A DNA stretch of 64,000 nt from Microcoleus sp. (GTDB lineage Bacteria > Cyanobacteriota > Cyanobacteriia > Cyanobacteriales > Microcoleaceae). Of the stretch, positions 62,761 to 64,000 are shown one piece after another. Location of the stretch: positions 2,976,001 to 3,040,000 of the forward strand of contig CP181291.1 in NCBI GenBank assembly GCA_052279835.1, read 5' to 3'. The notes beneath the pieces were generated by a model. That model was not told the DNA's origin. It worked only from the letters and a program-made list of their open reading frames with translations, and ran no database searches. The stretch's first letter is position 1; the number at the start of each line of letters is the position of its first letter. A program made the position numbers and the translations under genes.

Positions 62761-63596
62761 GTATTTTAAAGTTTCAAGTAATAGCCCAAACCTTCTATTC
62801 CCAACTAGATACAGAAAGAATTCAAGCCCTGCAAGTCGCCCAAGAACTTTCCAAAAAATTCATAGAATTGGGGTTTGATATTGTCCCTAAACTGCTGTGG
62901 GCTATTGGCATTTTGTTAATGACGCGATTTGCGATCGGGATTGCGGGGCGCGTGACTCGCCGAGCCCTGAGTCGCACTGAAGCCACGTTACGAAAATTTT
63001 TAGTCCAAGCTGCTGAAATTACGATTTTAGTAATCGGAGTCATCGCCACTTTGAGTCAGTTGGGGATTCAAACTACCAGTGTGGTTGCTGTGGTGGGTGC
63101 TGCTGGTTTGGCGATTGGTTTGGCTTGGCAAAATACTTTATCACACTTTGCTGCTGGGGTGATGTTGATTAGTTTACGTCCTTTTGAAGTGGGAGACGCC
63201 ATCGAAGGTGGGGATGTTAAAGGAGTTGTAGATGCGATCGGCATTTTTTCCACCACCTTAGTGACAGACGATCATGTCAAAATAATTGTACCCAACAATA
63301 AGTTATTTGATGGTACCCTGAAAAATACCACGGCAATGGGGACCAGGCGGGTGGACTTGAAGATTGATATTGGCGATCGCCCCATCCGTCCAACTGTAAC
63401 CGAGTTATTAGAAATTGTCCAATCTCATCCCCTAGTTTTGGACAATCCACCCCCTACTTGTTTGGTGGCTGAGATTACTCCCGATTCCACTATTTTGTCT
63501 CTGCGCCCTTGGTGCGCCTCTGTAGCTTACGAACAAGTGCGATCGCAAATTCAAGAACAAGTCAAAGAAGCCATGAAAGCCGACAAAAATCAATAA
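62757..63596 (+). CDS. mscS: small-conductance mechanosensitive channel
   Basis: GAAGLAIGLAWQNTLSHFAAG...RPFEVGD...IIVPN; ATGA overlap with alr. Confidence 0.9.
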   Translation: MSILKFQVIAQTFYSQLDTERIQALQVAQELSKKFIELGFDIVPKLLWAIGILLMTRFAIGIAGRVTRRALSRTEATLRKFLVQAAEITILVIGVIATLSQLGIQTTSVVAVVGAAGLAIGLAWQNTLSHFAAGVMLISLRPFEVGDAIEGGDVKGVVDAIGIFSTTLVTDDHVKIIVPNNKLFDGTLKNTTAMGTRRVDLKIDIGDRPIRPTVTELLEIVQSHPLVLDNPPPTCLVAEITPDSTILSLRPWCASVAYEQVRSQIQEQVKEAMKADKNQ

Positions 63597-63646
63597 TAAA
63601 TGTCAATCTCAAAACTCACATTTAACATCAATCCGAGGTATTTCCC

Positions 63647-64000
63647 ATGAACAAATGGTATCCCCAGCAAATTCTTCAAGAACCAGGTGTCAGGATTTCC
63701 CCCGCCGAAAAACAAAAAATTCTCAGCAAATTTCCGCCTCCCGACGACCAAGGTCAAATCTATGCCGACGGCATTTTTGAAGGTGGTGGCGTGCGAGGAA
63801 TTGCCTTTTTAGGAGCCCTCAGATGCTGCAACGATTTGGGTATCCGGTGGCGCAAATTAGCAGGTACATCTGCCGGTGCAATTACCGCAGCAGTGTTGGC
63901 CACAGACTTGTCAATCGATGACTTAGAAGAATTGCTAGGACAGCTTGATTATAGCATATTTCTCAGCCAAAAAAACAGCCCTCTAATTTTAAATGGCGAC
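63647..64000 (+). CDS. patatin-like phospholipase (5' part; runs off the window)
   Basis: Manual translation: IFEGGGVRGIAFLGAL...LAGTSAGAI. Confidence 0.85.
   Translation, partial: MNKWYPQQILQEPGVRISPAEKQKILSKFPPPDDQGQIYADGIFEGGGVRGIAFLGALRCCNDLGIRWRKLAGTSAGAITAAVLATDLSIDDLEELLGQLDYSIFLSQKNSPLILNGD

Overview
64 kb of a filamentous cyanobacterial chromosome. It looks Oscillatoriales/Microcoleus-like: HIP1 GCGATCGC sites are dense, 7-bp STRR tracts and small palindromic repeats are common, and psbA and psbO are present. Most of the window is housekeeping: psbA, psbO, sigF, aminotransferase, apt, ribD, aroE, alr, mscS, comM/yifB and tRNA-Ser(GCU). The best candidate for an undescribed system lies at 1-1640. 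There a divergent TrcR-like RHH repressor gene and a sigma70 promoter overlapped by a TrcR-like operator precede an unannotated, highly structured ~375-nt RNA (multi-helix, GNRA loop, predicted pseudoknot, own terminator), followed by an HNH endonuclease and an Alr0857-family gene. The second candidate is a three-gene Druantia-like defence operon at 7953-16676 (673 aa + 336 aa + 1895-aa DUF1998 helicase) that fits none of the Druantia types I know. Other observations: an IS630 carrying a CGATCG tandem array inserted in codon 7 of an RTX gene, two 122-bp MITEs with 8-bp TSDs, palindromic repeats inserted in frame in aroE and in an ABC exporter, an RNase D-like protein with a duplicated C-domain and an SSB-like tail, a split photolyase-like pair, and several deletion pseudogenes. 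All family calls come from motif recognition by eye; no database searches were run.
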